Assembly (NCBI GenBank): GCA_046566145.1 | Contig: JBKHXF010000032.1 | Coordinates: 78,036 to 142,035, forward strand | Direction of reading: 5' to 3' | Length of the DNA stretch: 64,000 bases | From: Actinomycetes bacterium | GTDB lineage: Bacteria; Actinomycetota; Nitriliruptoria; Nitriliruptorales; Nitriliruptoraceae | The notes under the pieces: model-generated | Told to the model about the DNA's origin: nothing | Database searches by the model: none | What the model saw: only the letters and a program-made list of their open reading frames with translations | Made by a program: the position numbers and the translations under genes | Shown here: in pieces, positions 55,771-63,587 of the stretch | Layout: each line of letters begins with the position of its first letter | How positions within the stretch are numbered: the stretch's first letter is position 1

Positions 55771-56463
55771 GTGCCGAAGCTGCTGCTGGTCGAGGACGAG
55801 CGGGCCATCGCCGAGGGGCTGGCCATCTCGCTCGAGGCCGAGGGGTTCCAGGTCAGCTGGGTCAACGACGGCAGCGAGGCGATCGGCGCCTTCGACCGCA
55901 CCCGGCCGGACCTCGTGCTGCTCGACCTGATGCTCCCGGGGATGCCCGGCACCGAGGTGTGCCGCCAGCTGCGCACCCGCACCGACGTCCCGATCATCAT
56001 GCTGACCGCCCGCGACGGCGAGGTCGACCGGGTCGTCGGGCTCGAGCTCGGCGCGGACGACTACGTCACCAAGCCGTTCTCGACGCGTGAGCTCGTGGCC
56101 CGGATCCGGGCGGTCCTCCGACGCGCCGGCGGCGCCGACCTCGGCGAGCTCGACGCGCCGGCCGAGGCCTCCGGCGTCCGGGTCGACCGGGTCCGGCACG
56201 AGGTGCAGGTCGACGGCGAGCTGGTCGACCTCCCACCGAAGGAGTTCGACCTCCTGGCGACCCTGGTCGAGCACGCCGGTCGGGTCCTGACCCGGCACCA
56301 GCTCATCGACGAGGTGTGGGGCAGCGACTACGTCGGCGACACCAAGACCCTCGACGTGCACATCCGGCGGCTGCGGACGCGCATCGAGGTCGACCCGCAC
56401 CAGCCGGTCCGCATCCAGACGGTCCGCGGGGTCGGCTACAAGTTCGCCGACCAGCGCGGGTGA
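55771..56463 (+). CDS. regX3: OmpR-family response regulator, RegX3/PhoP-like
   Basis: LLLVEDE, LVLLDLMLPGM and VVGLELGADDYVTKPFSTRELVARIRAVLRR closely resemble mycobacterial RegX3. Confidence 0.88.
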   Translation: MPKLLLVEDERAIAEGLAISLEAEGFQVSWVNDGSEAIGAFDRTRPDLVLLDLMLPGMPGTEVCRQLRTRTDVPIIMLTARDGEVDRVVGLELGADDYVTKPFSTRELVARIRAVLRRAGGADLGELDAPAEASGVRVDRVRHEVQVDGELVDLPPKEFDLLATLVEHAGRVLTRHQLIDEVWGSDYVGDTKTLDVHIRRLRTRIEVDPHQPVRIQTVRGVGYKFADQRG

Positions 56464-57701
56464 GCGACACCGCCGTCGTCGCCCTCGCCGTCGTGGCCCT
56501 GACGGGGCTCGGGGCGGCCGCGGCGGCCCTCGTCGCCGCACGACGTCGGGAACGACGCCTGCTGGCCGCCCTCGCCGAGGTCGTCGGGGCACTCTCCGCG
56601 GGCGAGCGCGACCCGGACCTCGAGCACGTCGATCCGGAGGTCCGGCCGCCCCTGCGCGAGCTCATCGACGTGCACACCGGGATCGCCGACCGACTGGCGC
56701 GGGCGGCGCCGTGGCGGGACCGGCTGGTGACGACCATCGAGGGCCCCGCCCTCACCTTCTCCTCCGAGGAGCGGCTCGTGGCGACGAACGATGCAGCACG
56801 GACGCTGCTCGGACTCGGCGAGGAGGCCGAGCTGTCGGTGGTGCAGGCCCTCGGCTCCCCTGCACTCGTCGGGGCGGTGCGGGAGGCACGCGCCGGCGGT
56901 CGGCCCGTGCAGGTCGACGCGGAGCATCGAGGTCGCGACCTCCGCGCCACGGCGTCCGTGGTCGGCGACGAGGTCCTGATGATCATCACGGACCGGACGG
57001 AGCGCCGCCGGGTCGAGGACCTGCGCCGCAACTTCGTGACCAACGCGTCGCACGAGCTCAAGACGCCGGCGACCGCGATCCAGACCCTGTCGGAGGCCCT
57101 CGAGATCGCCCTGGAGCGCAACCCGGCCCGCGCCCCGGAGCTGGTGGCGCGGCTGCGCGAGGAGTCGGAGCGGCTCGTGCGGATGGTCCACGACCTGCTC
57201 GACCTGCGTCGCCTGGAGGAGCGTGGGCCGATGGAGCGGGTGCCCGTCGACCTGTCGGCCGTCGTGCGCGAGGTCGTGGCGTCGTCGCAGCCGACCGCCG
57301 AGGACCGCGGCGTGGCCGTGGAGGTGGACGCCCCGGAGCAGGCCCACGTCGCCGGCATCGCGCAGGACCTGCGGCTGGTCGTGACCAACCTCGTCACCAA
57401 CGCCGTGCAGTACAACACCCAGGGTGGGCGCGTCGACGTCCACCTCACCCGGGATGGCGGCGACTACCTGCTGCGGGTGAGCGACACCGGGGTCGGCATC
57501 GCCTCGCAGGACGTGGCCCGCATCTTCGAGCGCTTCTACCGGGTCGACGCCGCACGCTCGCGTGCGAGCGGGGGGACCGGGCTCGGGCTGTCGATCGTGC
57601 GCCACGCGGTGGAGCGGCACGGCGGCACGGTCGCGGTCGAGTCGCTGCTCGGCCGGGGGTCGACCTTCACGGTGCGGCTCCCCATCGACCCCGTCGACTG
57701 A
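56460..57701 (+). CDS. senX3: Sensor histidine kinase, SenX3/PhoR-like
   Basis: One N-terminal TM helix, a PAS-like region, H-box NFVTNASHELKTPATAI and an HATPase domain. The GTG overlaps the regX3 stop (GTGA). Confidence 0.85.
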   Translation: MSDTAVVALAVVALTGLGAAAAALVAARRRERRLLAALAEVVGALSAGERDPDLEHVDPEVRPPLRELIDVHTGIADRLARAAPWRDRLVTTIEGPALTFSSEERLVATNDAARTLLGLGEEAELSVVQALGSPALVGAVREARAGGRPVQVDAEHRGRDLRATASVVGDEVLMIITDRTERRRVEDLRRNFVTNASHELKTPATAIQTLSEALEIALERNPARAPELVARLREESERLVRMVHDLLDLRRLEERGPMERVPVDLSAVVREVVASSQPTAEDRGVAVEVDAPEQAHVAGIAQDLRLVVTNLVTNAVQYNTQGGRVDVHLTRDGGDYLLRVSDTGVGIASQDVARIFERFYRVDAARSRASGGTGLGLSIVRHAVERHGGTVAVESLLGRGSTFTVRLPIDPVD

Positions 57702-57725
57702 CGGCCGCCTCGCGGATGTGACACG

Positions 57726-57755
57726 GGAGGGCGCGGCCCGCAGGCCGCGCCCTCC
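57726..57755. terminator. Bidirectional stem-loop between the convergent senX3-like and acidic-protein genes
   Basis: GGAGGGCGCGGCC-CGCA-GGCCGCGCCCTCC forms a perfect 13-bp stem. Confidence 0.6.
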
Positions 57756-57775
57756 GCGAGTGTCAGCTGGACAGG

Positions 57776-58714
57776 TCAGTCCTCGTCGCCGGACCCGTCC
57801 TCGGTGGACCGGTCGGCCTTCGAGCCGCCGCGCTCCGCCTTCGCGTCGCCGCGCCCAGCCTTCGCGTCGCCGCGCCCAGCCTTCGCGGCACCTCGCTCCT
57901 CGGCGCGCTGCTGCTTCGCCGCGTCGCGGTCGGCCTTGCGCTGCTCGCGGTCGGCGTCGCGGTCGGCCTTGCGCTCCTCGCGCTCGGCGCGGCGCTGCTC
58001 CTTCTCGGTGGGCTCGTCGACGGCCTCCGCGAGGAGGGCGTCGGCCTCGCGGATGCTCGCGATCGCGGCGCACAGGGACTCGGCGCCCTCGAGCGTGGAG
58101 AGGTCGAACTCGACGTCGGTGGTGCCGGCCACGACCGGCGAGTCGCCGGAGGTGTCCAGCTGTGGGACGGCGAGCGTCACGACGCCGCCCTTGGCCGCGG
58201 TCGACACCCACCACCCGTGGTTGCGGGCGCCGTCGACCAGGCCGCGCTCCTTGCCTCGCGGGGCGCACTTCGCCACCGTCGACACGATCTCGCCCTTCGG
58301 GCCCTCGGCCTCCGCGTCAGCGCCCTCCTCCTCGCCCTCCTCCTCGAGCGCGGCGATGGTCGCCTTCGCGCTGAGGCCGTCGCGCAGGGTCGCGGCGAGC
58401 TCCTCGAGGGCGAGGCGCTCCTCGTCGGTCAGCGTCGGGGCGCCGTCCTCGCCCTCGGCGCCGAGCGCCTCGGCGATCTGGCGGAGCGCGTCGAGCCACC
58501 CGGCGAGCACGTCGGACGCGGCGACCTCGTCGCCGTCCTCGACCTCCTCGACCGGCTCCTCCTGGACCAGCTCCTCCCCGGCGGGGGCCTCCTCGCCCTC
58601 CTCCGCGGGGCTCTCGACGACGACGGGCTGCTCGGCCTCCTGGGCCAGGGCGGCCGTCGGGGCCGCGAGCAGCGCGACGCCGAGGACGGGGGCGAGCAGG
58701 CGGGTGTGACGCAT
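57776..58714 (-). CDS. Secreted acidic protein with C-terminal charged tandem repeats
   Basis: Signal peptide LLAPVLGVALLAAPTAALA, a Glu/Asp-rich region, and the repeats RKADRDA and AKAGRGD. No family recognised. Confidence 0.65.
   Translation of the reverse strand: MRHTRLLAPVLGVALLAAPTAALAQEAEQPVVVESPAEEGEEAPAGEELVQEEPVEEVEDGDEVAASDVLAGWLDALRQIAEALGAEGEDGAPTLTDEERLALEELAATLRDGLSAKATIAALEEEGEEEGADAEAEGPKGEIVSTVAKCAPRGKERGLVDGARNHGWWVSTAAKGGVVTLAVPQLDTSGDSPVVAGTTDVEFDLSTLEGAESLCAAIASIREADALLAEAVDEPTEKEQRRAEREERKADRDADREQRKADRDAAKQQRAEERGAAKAGRGDAKAGRGDAKAERGGSKADRSTEDGSGDED
57842..57883. repeat. Perfect 21-bp tandem duplication inside the acidic-protein gene
   Basis: CGCGTCGCCGCGCCCAGCCTT occurs twice, with a degenerate copy upstream. 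It encodes AKAGRGD repeats. Confidence 0.85.
57921..57986. repeat. 33-bp tandem duplication inside the acidic-protein gene
   Basis: Two units differ at 2 positions. They encode 11-aa ..RKADRDA.. repeats. Confidence 0.85.
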
Positions 58715-58871
58715 CGGTGGTCCGTTCGGGTGGTCGATCCGGAGAGTTCCATGTCCGTCAGCGACCGTGCGACGTTGGAGGTCACGCTCCGTGCACGCAT
58801 GAGCGCTGGTCGCTCATCTGGGAGCGGAAGGTGCCCGCTCCCCGCCCGGTCCCCGCCGCGCCCGCCACCAG

Positions 58872-58877
58872 TAGCCT
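58872..58877 (+). promoter_or_regulatory. -10-like hexamer TAGCCT; predicts a leaderless nth transcript
   Basis: The hexamer-to-ATG (58885) spacing is 7 nt, and there is no Shine-Dalgarno sequence. Confidence 0.4.
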
Positions 58878-58884
58878 CCGGGCC

Positions 58885-59625
58885 ATGGCCACCGACCCGA
58901 ACGCCCCCGACCTACCGGACGTCCCCGCCGACCTGACGCGGGACAGCGGCCCGACCCGCCGCGCGCCGGTCGTGCTCGACCTGCTCAGCGCCGAGCACCC
59001 CGACGCGGAGATCGCGCTCGACTTCACCACCACGTGGGAGCTGCTCGTCGCGACCATGCTGTCGGCCCAGTCCACCGACGTGAAGGTGAACGAGGTCACG
59101 CCCGCGCTGTTCGCGGCCTACCCCGACGCGGCCGCGACGGCCGAGGCCACCCTGGAGCACCTCGAGGAGCTCGTCGGCTCGCTCGGGCTGTTCCGCCAGA
59201 AGGCGAAGAACGTCCGGCGCACGGCGCAGCTGGTGGTGGAGCGGCACGACGGGGAGGTCCCGACCACGATGGAGGACCTCGTCGCGCTGCCCGGCGTCGC
59301 GCGCAAGACCGCCAACGTGGTCCTGTCGAACGCGACCGGCCAGCACCACGGGGTGGTCGTCGACACCCACGTCACCCGGCTCGCCCGCCGGCTGCGCTTC
59401 ACCCGCGAGGAGACGCCCCCGCGCATCGAGCAGGACCTGATGCGGCTGTTCCCCCGCGAGCGCTGGCTGGACGTGGCCGACCTGCTCATCTTCCACGGGC
59501 GTCGCGTCTGCGACGCGCGCCGGCCGGCGTGCGCCGACTGCGTGGTGGAGTCCCTGTGCCCCTCCTCCCAGGTCGACGGTCGCACCGACAAGGCCCGGCC
59601 CGCGACCCCACGCCGCGGCCGCTGA
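58885..59625 (+). CDS. nth: Endonuclease III
   Basis: HhH motif LPGVARKTANVV and the 4Fe-4S cluster C-x6-C-x2-C-x5-C (CDARRPACADCVVESLC). Confidence 0.92.
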   Translation: MATDPNAPDLPDVPADLTRDSGPTRRAPVVLDLLSAEHPDAEIALDFTTTWELLVATMLSAQSTDVKVNEVTPALFAAYPDAAATAEATLEHLEELVGSLGLFRQKAKNVRRTAQLVVERHDGEVPTTMEDLVALPGVARKTANVVLSNATGQHHGVVVDTHVTRLARRLRFTREETPPRIEQDLMRLFPRERWLDVADLLIFHGRRVCDARRPACADCVVESLCPSSQVDGRTDKARPATPRRGR

Positions 59626-59638
59626 CCCGTCGCGTCGG

Positions 59639-61144
59639 TCAGACGCGGCCGCGGACCAGGGCGACCCCGTAGCCGAGGAGCGCGAAGGCGGCCATGAACT
59701 CGAGGCGCCCGAGGTACATCTGCGCGATGTAGGTGAGCTTCAGCGGCGTGGGGGTGACCGGCCCGACGATGCCGATCGACAGCCCGACGTTGGCCGCGGC
59801 CGAGGTCGACTCGAACAGCGCCTGGTCGAACCGGTACCCGTAGAACACCCCGACCAGAGCGCCGCCGAGGTACGTCAGCAGGAACAGCACGATGATGACG
59901 ATCGCCGCGCGCACCTGCTCGTCGCGGACGACCCGGCGCGTGCGCGACCGGTAGCTCGCGATGACGAGGCTCGACATCGGGGCGATGGCCTTGCGGATGT
60001 CCCGCAGGACCGACTTCCCCGCGAGGCCGATGCGGATCGCCTTGATGCCGCCGGCGGTGGAGCCCGCCATCCCGCCGAGCGCCATGGCGAAGACGACGGC
60101 CGCCGGCGCGAACAGCCCCCAGTCGGAGACGTAGATCCCGGGCGCGACGACCGTGAACCCCGTGCCGGTGTGCGCGGACACGATCGTGAACGCGCCCTTG
60201 CGGGTCAGGGAGGTGGCGTCGGCGTAGGTCCCGGCCGTCACGAGGCCCACGAGCGCGAGCAGCGTGATGAGGCCGGTGGTGAGCGCGAGGGTGCGGGTCT
60301 CGAGGTGCTGGGTCGTGGCCCGCGTCTGTCGGCGCCACAGCTGGTAGTGGACCGGGAACGACAGGGTCCCGGCGATCATCAGGACCGTGACCACGAGCTC
60401 GTAGGTCGCGGAGTGGTAGTAGGCGATGGAGGTCGAGTTCGGCGAGAAGCCGCCGGTGTCGAAGGCCGCCATGAAGATGTTGATCCCGTGGTGCAGCGCC
60501 CGCCACGGGGTCAGCCCGGCCAGCACGCCGGCGAGCGTCAGCGCGGCGGTCCCGGCGAGCAGCCAGGCGGTCGCGATCAGGTAGATGAACCGGGCCGTCC
60601 GGATGATGTTGGGCACGACCCGCTCGTCGCGCCCCTCGCCGACGTAGAGGGTGCCGATCTGGCCGCCGCCCGACGCGAAGACGGTGAGCACGACGATCAC
60701 GATGCCCTGCCCGCCGGCGAAGTGGGTGATGTGCCGCAGGAGGTTCACGCCCACGCCGATGTGGTCGAGGTCCTGCATCACCGAGAGCCCGGAGGTGGTC
60801 AGCCCGGACATCGCGTCGAAGTAGGCGTCCACGAAGCTGCCGAAGTGTCCCGTCAGGTACAGCGGCACCGCGAACGCCAGTGGCGCGAGCAGCCACGAGA
60901 GCGCGACGGTGACCATCCCGTGCGACCACTCGAGCTCCTGCGGGGAGCGGAGGCGCACCGTGGTGTACTGCCCGAGCAGGATGGCCAGCATGGCCCCGAT
61001 GGCCATGGCCGTCGCGTCGTTCCACTCGCGCAGGGCCAGGGCGACGAGCGTCGGCACGAGGATGACGACACCGACGCCGTACACCACCCGGCCGGTGGTG
61101 AAGCCGATCATCCGCAGGTCGTCGCGGTCCGGACGGATCAGCAC
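59639..61144 (-). CDS. trkH: TrkH/KtrB-family potassium transporter membrane subunit (copy 1)
   Basis: 501 aa polytopic protein with repeated M-P-M selectivity-filter glycines (TGGFS, TGTGFT, ANVGLS). Confidence 0.85.
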   Translation of the reverse strand: MLIRPDRDDLRMIGFTTGRVVYGVGVVILVPTLVALALREWNDATAMAIGAMLAILLGQYTTVRLRSPQELEWSHGMVTVALSWLLAPLAFAVPLYLTGHFGSFVDAYFDAMSGLTTSGLSVMQDLDHIGVGVNLLRHITHFAGGQGIVIVVLTVFASGGGQIGTLYVGEGRDERVVPNIIRTARFIYLIATAWLLAGTAALTLAGVLAGLTPWRALHHGINIFMAAFDTGGFSPNSTSIAYYHSATYELVVTVLMIAGTLSFPVHYQLWRRQTRATTQHLETRTLALTTGLITLLALVGLVTAGTYADATSLTRKGAFTIVSAHTGTGFTVVAPGIYVSDWGLFAPAAVVFAMALGGMAGSTAGGIKAIRIGLAGKSVLRDIRKAIAPMSSLVIASYRSRTRRVVRDEQVRAAIVIIVLFLLTYLGGALVGVFYGYRFDQALFESTSAAANVGLSIGIVGPVTPTPLKLTYIAQMYLGRLEFMAAFALLGYGVALVRGRV

Positions 61145-61151
61145 GCGGCCG

Positions 61152-61862
61152 TCACTCCCGGGCCGCGCGCCGGCGCTCCGCCAGCACGCCGGCGGTCGCC
61201 AGCAGCGCCATGACCGCCGCGACGATGGCCTGCACCCGGTGCACCGGCTGCGAGAACTCGACCGCCGGGACGAGCACCTCGGCCCGGACCGCGCGGATCG
61301 TCAGCCCGCCGCCGTCCTCGGGGTCGGCCCGTCGCAGCACGCCCTCGACCAGCAGCACGTCACCGCGGTTGCGGGCGTTGCCGGGCGTCGTGGCGAGGTC
61401 CGCGAGGTCGCCGTCGAGCCAGACCGACAGGCCGGTGTTGGTGCCCAGCAGTTGGCCGTGGGCGTCGAGGGGCCCGGCCTCGAGCGCGTAGGCGTCGTCG
61501 TTGAGCAGCACCCACGCGCCCCCGTCCCGGCGCAGCACGTCCCCGATGACCTCACCGGCGAACTGCACGACCCGCCCGTCGAACCGGTCCGGGCAGGCGA
61601 TGACCTCGGTCGAGGACACCCGCCCGACGGGCGCGAGCTCGGGCTGGCCGCTCGGGAGCGTGGGTCGGTCGGGCAGGGTGCGCTCGCACGTCACCACCTC
61701 GGTCTCGGTGGGCACGGGCAGGCCCGGGACGGAGAGGTCCTGGGCCGTCCGGGGCGTGGTCTCGCGCAGCCACTCGATGCCGACGCCGAGGGCGGCCACG
61801 ACCGACGCGACCACGAGCACCTGCAGCACGCGACGGGCGGGAGTGGCGGGACGGGCGCTCAC
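61152..61862 (-). CDS. Bitopic membrane protein with a central beta-rich (OB-fold-like) domain, unknown function
   Basis: 236 aa with N- and C-terminal TM helices and high GC3. The GTG overlaps the upstream trkH stop (GTGA). The stop is 8 nt before the downstream trkH start. Confidence 0.65.
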   Translation of the reverse strand: MSARPATPARRVLQVLVVASVVAALGVGIEWLRETTPRTAQDLSVPGLPVPTETEVVTCERTLPDRPTLPSGQPELAPVGRVSSTEVIACPDRFDGRVVQFAGEVIGDVLRRDGGAWVLLNDDAYALEAGPLDAHGQLLGTNTGLSVWLDGDLADLATTPGNARNRGDVLLVEGVLRRADPEDGGGLTIRAVRAEVLVPAVEFSQPVHRVQAIVAAVMALLATAGVLAERRRAARE

Positions 61863-63373
61863 CTGATCGGCCTCCTGATGACGGTCACGGCGTACCCGAG
61901 CAGCGCGAACACGGCGAGGAACTCGAGCCGGCCGAGCCACATCTGGACCAGCAGCACGAGCTTGGTCCCCGCGGTCGACGTCGGCCCGAGGACCCCGACG
62001 GACAGCCCGGTGTTGGTCAGCGCCGACGTGGACTCGAACAGCGCCTCGGTGAGGTCGACGGTCCCGGAGGTCGCGAGCAGCAGCAGCGCCCCCGCGAGCG
62101 CCGAGGTCAGCACCAGCAGCAGCACGGTCGCCGCCGCTCGGACGTGCGAGTCGCGCAGGGTGTGCCGTCGCCCCTGGTGGTAGGTCTGGACCACGAGGGC
62201 CGATGAGGGCAGCAGGACCCGGGTGATCTCCCGCTGGACGCCCTTGGCGAGCAGGCCGACGCGCAGGAGCTTGACGCCGCCGGCGGCCGAGGCGGCCATC
62301 CCGCCGATCGTCATGGCCGCCACCAGCGCCGCCGGCGCCATCAGGCCCCAGTCCGTCGCGATGAGCCGGGAGGCGCCCGTGTGGAACGCCGTGGTGGTGT
62401 GGGCGGCGACGAGCGTGAGGCCACCCTGCCGGAGCATCGGCACGAGGTCGGTGAACGCCCCGCTGCGGCCGAGGCCCGCCAGCGACACGACCAGCAGCGA
62501 CCCGAAGGTGAGCAGGAAGGTCCGGGACTCGACGTGGAGCCGCAGCTCGCGCCGGTCCCCGGCCCACAGCGCCCGGTGCACGGCGACGGACAGGGCGCCG
62601 GCCAGCATGAGCACGACCAGGACGAGCTCCACCGCCGGCGCGTGGTAGTAGCCGAGGCTCTGCGAGGACGGGGCGAAGCCGCCCGTCGACAGCGCCGAGA
62701 TCGCGAGCAGCACGGCGTGCCCGGCGGCCCGCGCCGGCGGCAGTCCGGCCACCACCAGCGCGACCGTGAGGACGACGGCGCCGGCGGTCAGCCACGCCCC
62801 CGCGACGCGTGCCACGTCACGAGCGGTCTGCGGGACGTTGGGGATGGTGCGGTCGTCGTGGGTCTCGGGGACGTTGGACGTCGCGATCTCGGCGTCCCCC
62901 CGGGTCTGCAGGGTCAGGACGACGACCACGATCGAGAACGCCCCGAGCCCGTGCAGCACCGTGCGCCACAGGTGCATCGCCGCCGGCAGGTGGTCGAGGT
63001 CGTGCCCGACGCTGAACCCCGTGGTGGTCAGGCCGCTCATCGCCTCGAAGGTGGCGTCGAGCCAACCGCCCCAGTGGCCGCTGAGCAGCAACGGGACGCC
63101 CCCGATGACGGCGCACACGAGCCAGCTCGCCGCGGCCGCCGCCATCGCCTGGCCCCAGGTCGCGCCGGCGGCGCTCCGCCACCGCGCGCGGCCGAACGTG
63201 CCGAGCCCGACGGCCAGCGCGGCCGCGATGGCCAGGGCGGACGCGCTGTCGGGGTCCCCGAGCGCCAGCGCGGCGACCACGGTGACGCCGGCGGCCACAC
63301 CGAACCAGCGCACGACCTGGCTGATCGCGTCGAGGATGACGCGCACGTCGTCGCGACGTGGTGGCAGGCTCAC
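61859..63373 (-). CDS. trkH: TrkH/KtrB-family potassium transporter membrane subunit (copy 2)
   Basis: 504 aa paralogue of 59639..61144 (TTGFSV, STGGFA, TNTGLS motifs). Confidence 0.85.
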   Translation of the reverse strand: MSLPPRRDDVRVILDAISQVVRWFGVAAGVTVVAALALGDPDSASALAIAAALAVGLGTFGRARWRSAAGATWGQAMAAAAASWLVCAVIGGVPLLLSGHWGGWLDATFEAMSGLTTTGFSVGHDLDHLPAAMHLWRTVLHGLGAFSIVVVVLTLQTRGDAEIATSNVPETHDDRTIPNVPQTARDVARVAGAWLTAGAVVLTVALVVAGLPPARAAGHAVLLAISALSTGGFAPSSQSLGYYHAPAVELVLVVLMLAGALSVAVHRALWAGDRRELRLHVESRTFLLTFGSLLVVSLAGLGRSGAFTDLVPMLRQGGLTLVAAHTTTAFHTGASRLIATDWGLMAPAALVAAMTIGGMAASAAGGVKLLRVGLLAKGVQREITRVLLPSSALVVQTYHQGRRHTLRDSHVRAAATVLLLVLTSALAGALLLLATSGTVDLTEALFESTSALTNTGLSVGVLGPTSTAGTKLVLLVQMWLGRLEFLAVFALLGYAVTVIRRPIR

Positions 63374-63383
63374 GGGCGGCCCA

Positions 63384-63587
63384 TCAGAAGACGAGCGAGA
63401 GCGCGAGCGCCGCGAGCCACGACAGGGCCGTCAGCACCAGACCGGCGGCGGTGACGACGGCGATGCCCTCGGCGGCCTGGCGCCAGATGGGCACCTCGCG
63501 CAGCCGGCGGGCCTCGCGTGCCGGGTCGGGACGGCGTCCGCGGGTGCGCGGTCGGCCCGCGGTGCCGCCGGGCTGGCCGCCGCTCAC
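63384..63587 (-). CDS. Candidate 67-aa membrane peptide between trkA and trkH
   Basis: The GTG overlaps the trkA stop (GTGA). GC3 is about 92% by hand count. A basic N-terminus is followed by one C-terminal TM helix (GIAVVTAAGLVLTALSWLAALALSLVF). Confidence 0.45.
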   Translation of the reverse strand: MSGGQPGGTAGRPRTRGRRPDPAREARRLREVPIWRQAAEGIAVVTAAGLVLTALSWLAALALSLVF

